Origin: Negaprion brevirostris
Taxonomy: Eukaryota
NCBI GenBank assembly: GCA_030324005.1
Contig: JARDVH010000097.1
Span: 63,049,852 to 63,113,851 of the forward strand
Direction: 5' to 3'
DNA length: 64,000 nt
Position numbers and translations under genes: made by a program. The notes below the pieces were generated by a model, which saw only the letters and a program-made list of their open reading frames with translations, ran no database searches and was not told where the DNA came from. Below, one piece after another: positions 37,978-49,627 of the stretch. Positions within the stretch are counted from its first letter, which is position 1. Each line of letters starts with the position of its first letter.

Positions 37978-38133
37978 GTGAGATGTGCTTAGTCAAAATC
38001 TCAGCCCTTGCTGGTGATCAATTTTTTATTGGTGTATCTGTAATTCAATGAGGATTAGTACCATCAGTTGTAGGCATTTGTTTCTTTTCTCAAAAACTGT
38101 CAATCTGGACACTTTAGCTAGTGTTAAACTAAC

Positions 38134-38430
38134 ACGGTAGCACAGTGGCTAGTGCTGCTGCCTCAACTCCAGAGCCCTGAGTTCAATTCCTGGCTTGGGT
38201 CACTGTCTGTGTGGATTTCCTTCAGGTGCGCCGGTTTCCTCCCACAGTCCAAAATGTTCAGAGGAAACTGGAGCTGTGCTAAATTGCCCCTAAGTGCCCT
38301 GGGATGTGTAGGTTATAGGGATTAACGGGGTAAATATGTGGGGTTTTGGGGATAAGGCCTAGGTGGGATTGTGTCGCTGCAGACTTGATGGGCTGAATGG
38401 CCTCCTTGTGCATAAAGAGTTTCTATGATA
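38134..38430 (+). mobile_element. HE1/V-SINE copy
   Basis: cacggtagcacagtgg head, ggtttcctcccacagtccaa, characteristic tail. Confidence 0.85.
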
Positions 38431-38715
38431 ACAAAATTAATCTTCTATCATGGCTTTCAGCCTGTCCTGTTTCTCACCCAGTCTGACACGTGCTCTTGCA
38501 GCCTGCCTGCTGCACTTCTTGCCCACCTTGCTCTTGCACCACATAAATTAGAAAGTTCAATTATTTGACGACTTTTGTGTACCGACTGTTGGCTGAACAA
38601 AGCATATCATTGTCATCTGATTTGTTTGGATATTTCAGAGGCAGAATCCTGTAAGCTAGATTTTACATTTAAATCCAAATTACAGATGCCGCATTAAATT
38701 ATGTTTCTGTTTTAG

Positions 38716-38799
38716 ATGAAGACTATGAAACTGCCATTAAAAAGCTCCAGGGAAAATTGTATCCAGATAAGCCAGAAAAACACAAGTCATCTAACACAG
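38716..38799 (+). CDS. RANBP2: RANBP2 exon (~exon 22), M segment, EDYETAIKKLQGKLYPDKPEKHKSSNT
   Basis: ttttag| acceptor, g|gtacag donor, 84 nt, phase 1-1. Confidence 0.92.
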
Positions 38800-38875
38800 G
38801 TACAGATTTGAAATTGAAGCAAAAACAGTGTTGTAACTGAACCACCAGAAGATTAATTTCAGAATTTTGTGCCAG

Positions 38876-38962
38876 GTGAACTCTTGGGAACTGCTAGAAA
38901 TTTGTGCCCAGGTGAACAATGGGAGCAGTTGCATCCTAATGAACCAGAAGATTTCGCTGCAG
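38876..38962 (+). CDS. Candidate extra RANBP2 exon, ELLGTARNLCPGEQWEQLHPNEPEDFAA
   Basis: gccag| acceptor, gcag|gtaaat donor, 87 nt, phase 1-1, stop-free, resembles the KLYPDKPE motif. Confidence 0.5.
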
Positions 38963-39202
38963 GTAAATTTTTAACCTAAATCTACAAGTAAAATAACTTC
39001 GTTTTAATTGTGATCTTTACACTTGAGATAAAATGCCAGAAACTGTTAAAAGACTTGATGAAAGTTTGTACCCAGATTAACAGGTGAATAGGCGTACCAG
39101 NNNNNNNNNNCATACAGCAAGCCTATGAAATGGTCACTGTTTTGTACTGAAGGTTTCCTTGTGATTGTGACAAAAATTTAAACTCTAATTTTCCAATTCA
39201 AG

Positions 39203-39274
39203 GTACATCCTTGCAAACCAGTGATACAAAGCTCTATGCAGATGAGCAAAGTGAACATCAATCCTGTGTAGCAG
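39203..39274 (+). CDS. Candidate extra RANBP2 exon, TSLQTSDTKLYADEQSEHQSCVA
   Basis: ttccaattcaag| acceptor, gcag|gtatgt donor, 72 nt, phase 1-1; aligns without gaps to the 3' half of the 38716 exon. Confidence 0.6.
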
Positions 39275-39841
39275 GTATGTGTTTTAGAAGGTCAATACTT
39301 GTGAAGTTATCTGTGGATTTGATATTAGTATTGGCACCTGCAAATGGACTTGCATGGTTTGAACAGATGGCTACAAATTTGTGGCTTNNNNNNNNNNNNN
39401 NNNNNNNNNNNNNNNNNNNNNNNNNNNNNNNNNNNNNNNNNNNNNNNNNNNNNNNNNNNNNNNNNNNNNNNNNNNNNNNNNNNNNNNNNNNNNNNNNNNN
39501 NNNNNNNNNNNNNNNNNNNNNNNNNNNNNNNNNNNNNNNNNNNNNNNNNNNNNNNNNNNNNNNNNNNNNNNNNNNNNNNNNNNNNNNNNNNNNNNNNNNN
39601 NNNNNNNNNNNNNNNNNNNNNNNNNNNNNNNNNNNNNNNNNNNNNNNNNNNNNNNNNNNNNNNNNNNNNNNNNNNNNNNNNNNNNNNNNNNNNNNNNNNN
39701 NNNNNNNNNNNNNNNNNNNNNNNNNNNNNNNNNNNNNNNNNNNNNNNNNNNNNNNNNNNNNNNNNNNNNNNNNNNNNNNNNNNNNNNNNNNNNNNNNNNN
39801 NNNNNNNNNNNNNNNNNNNNNNNNNNNNNNNNNNNNNNNNN

Positions 39842-39925
39842 AAAAGACAGTGTCTATACCCCTAACCACACTATCCCCAATTACCACTACATTCCTCTTT
39901 ACTTCTTCCTCTTTGTCCATTCTCT
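39842..39925 (-). mobile_element. CR1 ORF1 (SGNH/GDSL esterase-like) fragment beside an N-gap
   Basis: RNVVVIGDSVVRGIDTVF contains the GDS nucleophile block typical of the CR1 ORF1 esterase. Confidence 0.7.
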
Positions 39926-40396
39926 CCCCACCAGCTTTCCCACCCCTACTTAAACAATTTGTTAGGTAATACTAAACCACATGAGTCCTGCTCAGTGCTT
40001 CAATTTTGCTTAAATCTCTCCCAAATATTTCCACCTAACTCCTTGAAATTTATTTGGAGCTAGTTTTGTCCCAAATACTATGGCCCAACATCACTAGCTC
40101 ATTTGTCCCAGCATTAATGTCTTTTAAGTCTGGCTTCTAGGTAGATCATACCTGCCAGTAAAAGACTCTACGTGCCTTGAGTCTGTGTGAATTTTTTTGA
40201 GATTGCCAGCAGTCATTGTAGCAATTGTTCTCATGCTTGATGGAAATGGAGTCCTTCAGGCTAACATTGTTTTGAAGGAACGCAAAATTGAGCATTTGAT
40301 CATTACATAGCAATTGATACTGAAGTGATTTATTTCAAGTTTCAATCAGCCATTTTCTTTCCAGTATCTTTTATAGCCTTATACTTTTCATCATAG

Positions 40397-40596
40397 ACTC
40401 CGGTAGGAATAATCTTATAGAAGATGACGACAAAGACTGTATCCTTGTGTGGGAGAAGGTGCCAACCCCTCAAGAGAAGTTGAAGGCTGAGAAGTTATTG
40501 CTTCCTTCCACATTTTTTTGTGGTTTAAGCAGTGACACTGAAGGAGAGAAGGAAGATGATGACTTTGAGAGTGAGATGAGAAAAGTTGGGGCAAAG
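40397..40596 (+). CDS. RANBP2: RANBP2 exon (~exon 23), IR2, ...KDCILVWEKVPT...LLLPSTFFCG...KVGAK
   Basis: catag| acceptor (alternative in-frame acceptor gives a start at 40421), aag|gtgaga donor. Confidence 0.92.
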
Positions 40597-40916
40597 GTGA
40601 GATTTAAAAATGCCTTACTATAACCAATTGATCGTGGATCCTGGTAATGACCTTAATTCAGATCATTGTAATTACGACACACACAGGACTTGCAAATATT
40701 GTCACAGTTTTTCATGAAAATCATCCCTCATTTGGACTGATATTTGTATTTATTACATAGCAAAATTGAGGCTGTGCTGCTTTGAATTAGTAAGTACTTA
40801 CGATTTGAAACTGTCAAAAGAAATGACCAAAAACAGAAAATGCTTGCCAAATTCAGGTCCAAGTCCATATAACTCTTCAGAATCATAGGGACTTAAAACA
40901 TGTAATTCCTTAAGTA

Positions 40917-43900
40917 TGTTAGGGATGTGGGTTTTAACAGAGAAATGAAAATGTTTGCCACACATGGATTCAAAATAACAGATTTATTGAACACTTTTCC
41001 AATTCGACAGTAACGCAGCAGCCTTCAACACCCAAATGGCATCACATCAAATTGTGAACAGCTCTTAAAGCAGTCTGCAACCATTTTAAAAGTTATTACG
41101 ATGTTATACATGGGGTCAGTAATACTCTGCATGGTACTATGCATCATCAACCATTATATATAGTCAATAAAAAAGTTGATCAAGAACTCTGGAATTAGGC
41201 TGTCCATGACCTTAAAAGTATGATTTGCAACTTCAGTAGATACAGAATTAGTTCCAAGAGAAGAAGCATAATTTTAACTCCTGTGTAGTAGCAACACCAC
41301 CAAGCAACTCGGATACAACTAAACCTTCTATATTAATATTCACAGTACTAGGGATTAAAGAAGTTGGTCCGTCTTGAGATTATTCTGAGAAATCATTTCA
41401 AAATAAACATTCAGTTGGCATGATGTTGCCAAACTAGTTCATCTTCCTTTTGAACCATGTAAGAAATTGACCTGTTTTTACTAAAACTATGGCTGGTATA
41501 CATTTTTCACTCGTGGCATAATTACATACTAACACTCAATCTCCATGTTGAAATGACCATGATTTTGTCCTCACACCATGTCTAACAATTTGGAGATTGT
41601 TATTGATCCTCTATATTTCTGAAGCTTTTGGAGACAAACATAGTGCTCAGCTTTCTTTGAGTTAATAATGCAGGTGTACTTTGGGTAGCTAATGTGAGTA
41701 GTGTTTAAAGAAGATGCCAAAAAGCTAAATAATATTTATTTTGGGATGATCCTCAATCTTGTGACATAAACTGTGAACCATTTTCTGCTCTGGTTTACCA
41801 AATCTTGCAAAGGTTTTGTCAAATTTTTCAACGGTTTGTTCCGTTGTAGTAATTATCATTTCTTTTTGGCCATTTTGAATGTACAGCAATTACGATTTAA
41901 GAACATGTAACCCTCAACGGACCAGCAAAATCTACATGTTGCCATGGCATTTTAGGCCACTCCTAAGGGTGAAAAGGAGACAATGGTGATGCATTTCTTA
42001 TTCGTGCATAGGATGGGCACTCTCCCCAACTTGTTCTTCAATCTGTGCAACCAAACCCAGCCACCAAAAATAACTCTTTTCCTTCACCTGTCCTATAATA
42101 GGATGTCCTTCATCTGATTGTTCAAGATCTTTCATGCTGTCTAGGTGGAATGATGACTCAGATTCCTCACAATAGACACCCACCTTTGGACAGTCAACTC
42201 GAGTTTCCTTGACACGTATGGTTTTGAATCAGGATGCAACATTGTGTTCCAGCTATCATTTTATTTCAATTCCATATCCATTATCTTCCCCATCACAGGA
42301 TTATTTCTGTATGTTTTTGAACTTGAGATTTGCTCACAGGCAAATGACCTTCTAGTGACAAAAAAAAATTAGCAAAGCTACCTGCTCAACAGGTAAAGGG
42401 TGATAATGCATTAGCATAGCACCCTGACTGACAAAACTTTATATTGTAAGTGTGCAATCAGCTAGTAGCTAATTATGATATTCCTTTATATGGCCAAAAA
42501 TATAGTGAAGTGTCGATGATCAGTCAATAGTGAAATAATGATCATGTAGGTAATGATGAAACTGTCATACTCAATGCTGCTTTTTCAAGCTAAGCACAGT
42601 TAAATTCAGCACTAGTCAGAGTATGTGAAGCAGCAGCTATTGTCTGTTCTTCTCCCAAAGGCATAATATGCAAAACTAATGCCTCTACTATATAAGGTGA
42701 AGTGTCACAAGCAAGTAGAAATGGTAGCTTTGGATTAAAAGGAACTAATCCTTCAGATTTCTGCAAAGCACCTTAGACATCCTTGCATGCTTTCTCACGT
42801 TGTTGTCCAGTCCCNNNNNNNNNNNNNNNNNNNNNNNNNNNNNNNNNNNNNNNNNNNNNGGACCATCCAATTTCATGATGGGTACGAAAGGGGTAGCCCA
42901 GTCATTCATAACTGGCTCTAATACAGCATTTTTAACAAGTCATACTAATTCTTCTTCAATCTTGGGACGAATTGCATACGGTGCTACTTTATGAAATTTC
43001 TTGGTTGACTACTATTTCACTTGAACTCCCTTCAGTGAGCTATGTGTGTCTCTGAATACATTCTTGTATTTATCCAGATGCTGCTGTAGGTCTGTTTTGG
43101 CATCAATCATTCCAGTTAAGCTTTATCTTCTCCAACTGGAAAATTATCACATGGAGAGGCAACTTGTCAACTCTGGCCATTATGTAAACTTTTAATGTCA
43201 CAATCTCTTCCAGTTGTGTCCTTAAAATCACATCAGCTGATTTTAAAGGAAGATGTTTCAGCTTTTGTTAGTAAGTAGTCTCAGGAATTAAAGATACTTC
43301 TCCTTAGGATCTTTTCTTGATATTTTCAATGAAACAAAATCCTGTTCATCGCCAATTTGTTTTCTTTCTATAATTTCCTAACAATGTTAGTGGTGTGGGT
43401 TTTAACAGAAAGAAATATGTAGTTTTGCACACAGTTTCTAAGTAACAACAGATTTATTCAAGAGCTGTTCTCTGCTCTGCACGGAGTACAAAACGAAGTC
43501 AATACCCTAATGGCATTGTGTGATCAGCTCTTAAAGCAACCTGCATAAGAATATAAGAAATAGGAGCAGGAGTAGGCCTTCGAGCCTGCCCCGCCATTCA
43601 ATAAGATCATGGCTGATCTGAAGTGGACGAGTTCCACTTTCCCACTTTCTCCCCTTAACCCTTAATTCCCCTGTCTATCAGAAACCTATCTACCCATGAC
43701 TTGAATATATTTAGCGAGATAGCCTCCACCACTTTAATGGGCAGAGAATTCCAGAGGTTCACCACCCTTTTGAGTGAAGAAGTTCCTCCTCAACTCTGAT
43801 CTAAACTGCAACACCCCCCATCTCCAATCTTGAGGCTGTGCCCTCTAGNNNNNNNNNNNNNNNNNNNNNNNNNNNNNNNNNNNNNNNNNNNNNNNNNNNN

Positions 43901-44144
43901 NNNNNNNNNNNNNNNNNNNNNNNNNNNNNNNNNNNNNNNNNNNNNNNNCTAACTTCTTTGTTCTACTTTTTCCAAACACTTATCCCAGTCTGTAGGCGGG
44001 CTTCCAGAGCATTAGCCTATTACAACTTGTCCCTGTCTCTTTTACACCAATAGAGCGGTAGTATAGCTGCATGCACAGTTCATAATGTTCTAAAAACCAA
44101 TCAACTCTGTACACACTTTCATCACAATAAATCCTTACACGACA
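40917..44144 (-). mobile_element. Highly decayed LTR retrotransposon (Ty3/Gypsy-like) with two similar LTR-like flanks; CR1 3' end inserted at ~43545-43850
   Basis: Direct repeats starting tgttag.g.tgtgggttttaacag at 40917 and 43385; PBS-like tggcgatga (minus strand) near 43350; faint integrase/RT-like remnants. Confidence 0.5.
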
Positions 44145-44321
44145 GTTAAAACACTTGGTACTAGGTATAGCTAGACCACAGTGTGATTAATTGCACTTCT
44201 GCATACGTGCATGAGATTACAAACTATACAAAAACCTTATGGCTTTTATATTCTCATCATTTGTGAACCTTGTGTTTATTGTAGTTAATTAGAAAGTGGT
44301 AATAATTTGATTTTGTTACAG

Positions 44322-44532
44322 ATGGCACAGGAAAATACCGTCAGCAGCTCCACTGATGTCGGTTCTGCAGTCCACTTGAATGAACAGACTACTTCCGCAC
44401 AAGTCGATGTTTCAGACGCTGAAGCAGACCTTGCATCGCAGTTTGAAATTAAGGAATTTTCAGATGTGGATGTCGGCCGGCCCATTGATTTAACAACTAA
44501 AAAAGAAATGGAACCTGATTCCACTATCCAAG
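44322..44532 (+). CDS. RANBP2: RANBP2 exon (~exon 24), MAQENT...RPIDLTTKKEMEPDSTIQ
   Basis: ttacag| acceptor, g|gtacaa donor (alternative end at 44544); PxDL[ST] motif. Confidence 0.88.
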
Positions 44533-45983
44533 GTACAAAAACAGGTGATAAGAATTAGGGTCAAAATATTCCTATTAGGTCAATGTAATGAATGTACAAT
44601 GATTTTGATCCAGTGACAGTGAAGGAACTTCCAGATGGTGGTTTTCCCATGTATCTGCTGCCATTGCCCTTCTAGATGGGAGTGGTCGTGGGTTTGGAAG
44701 ATGCTAGCTAAGGAACCTTGGTGAATTCCTCTTCAAGGCAGTTAAAACATCTCTGACCAAAGTTTTATTCACCTGACCCAATATTTCCTTTTTGCCTTGG
44801 TGTCATACTGTTTTACACTGCACCTGTGAAGCATGTTGGAATGCTTCATTACTTTAAAAGGTGCTATATTAGCACAAGTTGTTGGAATGTGTTTTCACTG
44901 ACCCAAATGCCAGTGTTCCATGGGTTGTGGGAATGGGGCCTGGTGGGTTTGTGGTCAGTGCAGACTCGATGGAGTGAATGGCCTCCTTACGCACTGTAGA
45001 GATGCTATGATTTTATGAACACCTCCATCCATCTTTTAAAATTATAAATGTTTCAATAGTCAACTATCATTCTTCTTCACTCCCACAACACAGGAACTAT
45101 TGGTGTTTGGGTCAGAGAACACATTCCAACAACAACTTGTGTTTATATAGCACCTTTTTAAAGTAATGAAGCATTCCAACGTGCTCCACAGGTACACTGT
45201 AAAACAGTATGACACCAAAGCAAAAAGGACATATTGTGTCAGGTGAATAAAACTTTGGTCAAAGATGTTTTAAGTGTCTTGGAGGAAAATCAGGTAGAGG
45301 AACACCTATCAATGGAGTGTTGTGGGCTTGGTGAAGGTTGCAGACACAGGGTAGAACAAACCCGTGGAGAGGTATAAAAACAAGAATGATAATTTTAATA
45401 TAAAGACATTGCCTGACGGATAGATAATGCAGGTCAGCAAACAGGTGGTGGGGTGGGAGGGGCACGGACTTCCTGTGAGTTAAGACACAGGCAATAGAGG
45501 TTTGGATGACCCCAAATTTACAGCTGAGTTTGACGGATTCTTACCTACAAGGGAGACACAAAATTGTGAGGGGGAAGCCCAGAAAGTGAAGTTGAGGCCA
45601 CAGTCAAATCATCAATGCAATTGAAGAGCCAAATGGTTGATTCCTCCCATTTCTTGTGGGTGACATCTAACTTCTCAAAACCTTTCAATCATTTACAAGG
45701 CAAGAATGATGGAATGCTGTCTTGTAACACGTGAAGGTAAGAGCAGCTAGTGCATTGGAAGCTTTACTCCATGTATAGTTTGTTTCATTGCAAGGCCAAA
45801 ATCTGCAACTCCATAACGGTACTGTAGTGTGTCATCTTCACACTGATTGGAATAGTTTAAGAAGTTGGCTCACCATTTCTGGAGAACCGTTAAAGGATGA
45901 ACAGTGATTTATTTGCCTTGCCATCGACTTCCACCCTGTGAATGAATGAAAAAAACATTTTTTGTGGCTCACAACTCTTAAGT

Positions 45984-46287
45984 GGGCACAGTGGTTAATA
46001 GTGCTGCCTCACAATGCCAGGGACCCGGGTTCAATTCTGGCCTTGTGTATGTGGAGTTTGCATGTTCTCCCCATGTCTGCGTGGGTTTCCTCCAGGTGTT
46101 CTGATTTCCTCCCACACTGCAAAGAGGTGGATTGGCCATGCCAAATTGCCCAAGCTATGTAGGCTAGGGGGGTTGGTGGAGTAAACACCTAAATTTACAG
46201 GGTAAGCCTGAGTAACAGTCGGTGCGAACTCGATGGTCCAAATAGCCGCCGCCGCCACCTCCACAGTAGGGTTTCTATAGTTCTATG
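45984..46287 (+). mobile_element. HE1/V-SINE copy
   Basis: ggcacagtggtt...gggacccgggttcaattc...gtggagtttgcatgttctcccc. Confidence 0.85.
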
Positions 46288-46549
46288 AAATAATTATTTT
46301 TTTAGTTTAGAGCAAACAAAAGAAGCTCACATCTTAGTACACTGAGTTGAACTGGATTTAAACAGAACTAAAAGATAAAAATAGTGTTTAGATTTTACCA
46401 GATCATACACTGGAGTAAGGAAATTGGTTAATTCTGTTCTGATAATGTGGAACCAACTTCAAATTGGTTCACTTGGGAAATTTGCTAAGGATTTAAAGTA
46501 GTGATGTCTGTGCGTATTGAAATTCATTTTTAAAAAATTCTTTGACTTA

Positions 46550-46770
46550 GATGTCCAAAGATGTGCAGATCTATGACTGAGAATCCAAAGATGTGCAGGT
46601 TAGGTTGATTGGCCATGCTAAGAAATTGCCCCTTAGTGTCCAGGAATACGTAGGTTAGCGGGATTAGTGGGCATAATATGTAGGGATATGGGGGTAGGGC
46701 CTGGGTGGTATTGTGTTCAGTGCAACTTGATGGTCTGAAGAGCCTCATTCTGCACTGTAGGGTTCTATGA
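46550..46770 (+). mobile_element. 5'-truncated HE1/V-SINE
   Basis: ccaaagatgtgcaggttaggttgattggccatgc plus tail. Confidence 0.8.
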
Positions 46771-46905
46771 TTAATACATCATTCTGAATAGCAATTCATG
46801 TTTTACGGCATACCCAATGATAAAATGGTAACTGCTTATATTTTTATCTAAATTTCTCCTAAATGTGTTTTTTGTATTTATAATACAATTTTTTTAATCT
46901 TCCAG

Positions 46906-46998
46906 ACAATGGCATGTTTGGATTTGGTGCCTCCACAATACCTTCTTTCGCAGATTTGGCTGCACAGAGTACAGAAGGATATAGGTTTGCACAGAAAG
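46906..46998 (+). CDS. RANBP2: RANBP2 exon (~exon 25), NGMFGFG...SFADLAAQS...AQK
   Basis: ttccag| acceptor, g|gtagta donor, 93 nt; SFADLA motif. Confidence 0.92.
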
Positions 46999-47451
46999 GT
47001 AGTATGAGTTGCTGCTCTAACTATAAAAGTGCACACACACAAGTGGTGTCTTGTGTAGTATAAGCCTTTGGTCAAGAATATGTAAAGATCAACAATGGAT
47101 AACAGTAAAACAACAAATGTCTCTTTTCATACAGTTTAATTTCCTGACTATTGTTAACTTGATAGTCTTGCAGAATCATTCCCCTGCTAGTGTGAGCTGG
47201 CCTGCTGTATATCTGAACTTTAGGAGGACTAGATAGCAATCTGGGTTATTGATAGAAAAAAAATACCAGTGTCCTAATATTAGGTTGAGTTGCCCTATCT
47301 TACAGATCAAGAATCCCATGTTTAATTTCTGATCGTTATTGTTACCTTGGCCAGAATGGGTACGTTATTGTTAGTCTCAGTATGGCAACAAATAAATACA
47401 TTGGCTGTGCATTTCTAGAAACACTGACACTGTCACACGTTTGTGGGGTGA

Positions 47452-47645
47452 CAGAAAATTTTTGAAAATAGCAGGTCAGGTGATATGTGTGAAAAGAAAC
47501 AGTTAACATATCAGGTCTATGACCTTTCACAGAAGTTCTGATGAAATGTCATCGATCTGAAACTGAAAATCGACCCAAGCTTGCTGGATAGTTCCAGAAT
47601 TTTGTTTTTATTTCAAATTTCCAACATCTGCAGTATTTTGCTTTT
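47452..47645. mobile_element. Palindromic Penelope-like-derived repeat with back-to-back decayed hammerhead cores
   Basis: CTGATGA at 47538 and GAAAC at 47559, with a mirrored copy on the minus strand at 47502-47533. Confidence 0.6.
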
Positions 47646-48402
47646 GTGCAAGTCTGTGGATATTTGCTTATCTGTGGTGCCCCTCCTCCTACTTTGCTAA
47701 TACGAGTTCAAACATCAGTATGGCTGTTTGGAAGTATAAATTTAGTTTCAAAGTTTGGAAATGAAATAAGTTGTCGGTTAAATTGACCCTGAAGCTTTCA
47801 GACTGTTTTAAAAATAAAATCCAAAACTGGATCACTTCTGGCTCCAAGTGAGCTGTGTGAATAAGGAGGAAAGAAGAAAAATTAAGAACAGAGCTGCAAG
47901 CCAAAATAATCACTCCGTTTTGAAGTTACTGCTAACGCACCCTGCAGCTGTGTAAGTTATTGCACTTAGCTGCATGAAACTTTAAATCCGAGCTTAATTG
48001 TTTAGTTAATTCTTTGCCTTGCTTTTTCTTACTGAATAAAACCATTCAGCAGCTATAACTTTCATATACAGGCTGAACAGTTTTGCTTACTAAAATGCGA
48101 ATAACGACAAAAGGAAAGTTTACAAATGTCAACTGTTCCAATTTATTTAACTTATGCATGAAAGCAAATTTATTTTTAACAAGACATTTTCCAATTCAGT
48201 AACAAATCTTGTTTGAGTGGAATTTATTCTTTTCTAAACTGAATATCTATTTGTAGCTTGGATATTTTCTTGGTGAATTGTACTGCTGTAAAGTGTCAAG
48301 TTGCATTGTACTTCTGCTTTTTAGTGGTTTTTATTTTTCAAACTAAATGATGCTGTCTTAAATTTTCTGGCAATTTACTTCTGAAATCTGCACAAATGTT
48401 TA

Positions 48403-48830
48403 CATAGAACACTACAGCACAAACAGGCCCTTCAGCCCACAAGTTGTGCCGATCACATCTATACCTACCAAGCCAGAGAACTATCTGTAACTTCCAATGC
48501 CATTAGATCCTATATACTCATCCAGAAGTCTTTTAAAAGACCCCAGCAAGTTCACCTCTACCACCACCGACGGCAGCCGATTCCACTCACTCNNNNNNNN
48601 NNNNNNNNNNNNNNNNNNNNNNNNNNNNNNNNNNNNNNNNNNNNNNNNNNNNNNNNNNNNNNNNNNNNNNNNNNNNNNNNNNNNNNNNNNNNCTCTGCAC
48701 CCTCTCAATAGCTTCCACATCTTTCCTGTAGTGAGGCGACCAGAACTGCGCACAGTACTCCAAGTGGGGTCTGACGAGGGTCCTATAAAATTGCAGCATT
48801 ACCTCCCGACTCCTAAACTCAATTCCTCGA
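48403..48830 (-). mobile_element. CR1 LINE 3' part
   Basis: LVRPHLEYCAQFWSPHYRKDVEAIERVQ. Confidence 0.9.
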
Positions 48831-48904
48831 ATGAGTGGCTTGGAATGGTGCAGTTTTATTTTCTAGAACGCTCTTGATAATGCAATTTTCTTTAAAAAAA
48901 ACAG

Positions 48905-49044
48905 AATCCAATTTCACATGGGCAAATGCAGGAACAGCTGTCTTTTCTTCAATGATGCCCAGAACTGTATTGGATGAAGATGATGGTACTGATGTGGTAT
49001 CTAGCGATGATATCCACTTTGAACCGATAGTTTCTTTACCTGAG
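48905..49044 (+). CDS. RANBP2: RANBP2 exon (~exon 26), SNFTWANAG...IHFEPIVSLPE
   Basis: acag| acceptor, gag|gtaaaa donor, 140 nt. Confidence 0.93.
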
Positions 49045-49353
49045 GTAAAAAAGCACACATTCTGTCAAACAATTTACATAATTGTTCAGGGGAAATGTGC
49101 CATTATCTTTTGGAGATTCTGAATAAATGTAAAAGTCATAAATTTAAATGCAACTCTACATGTTATAGTTGTCTTAGTCTAATTTGTTCAGTTATTCTGT
49201 CGCCTAAAATTTGGGCAGTAACTAATACTGCAATGCAAGCGCAGACCAATGTTTGTCCCTTTTTAGAAGTGCAGAAATCTTAGAAAAGTTGAATTGTCAT
49301 CAAAGTCCATGTAACAATTCTGTAAAATTAATAAATGCTACTAACCTCACTAG

Positions 49354-49627
49354 GTTGAGACAAAATCTGGTGAAGAGGATGAGGAAGTTATATTTAAAGA
49401 AAGATGTAAGCTGTATCGATGGGACCGAGATATTTCTCAGTGGAAAGAACGTGGTGTTGGAGATCTAAAAATTCTGTATCACGCCGAAAAGCAGTGCTAC
49501 CGTATTCTAATGAGGCGAGAACAAGTTCTCAAGGTCTGTGCGAACCATGTTATTACTGAGGAAATGGAACTCAAATTAATGAATACATCAAATAATGCAT
49601 TTGTTTGGACTGCAGCAGATTATACTG
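49354..49627 (+). CDS. RANBP2: RANBP2 exon (~exon 27), RanBD4 core
   Basis: ctag| acceptor, g|gtgagt donor, 274 nt; WKERGVG and KVCANH motifs. Confidence 0.96.
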
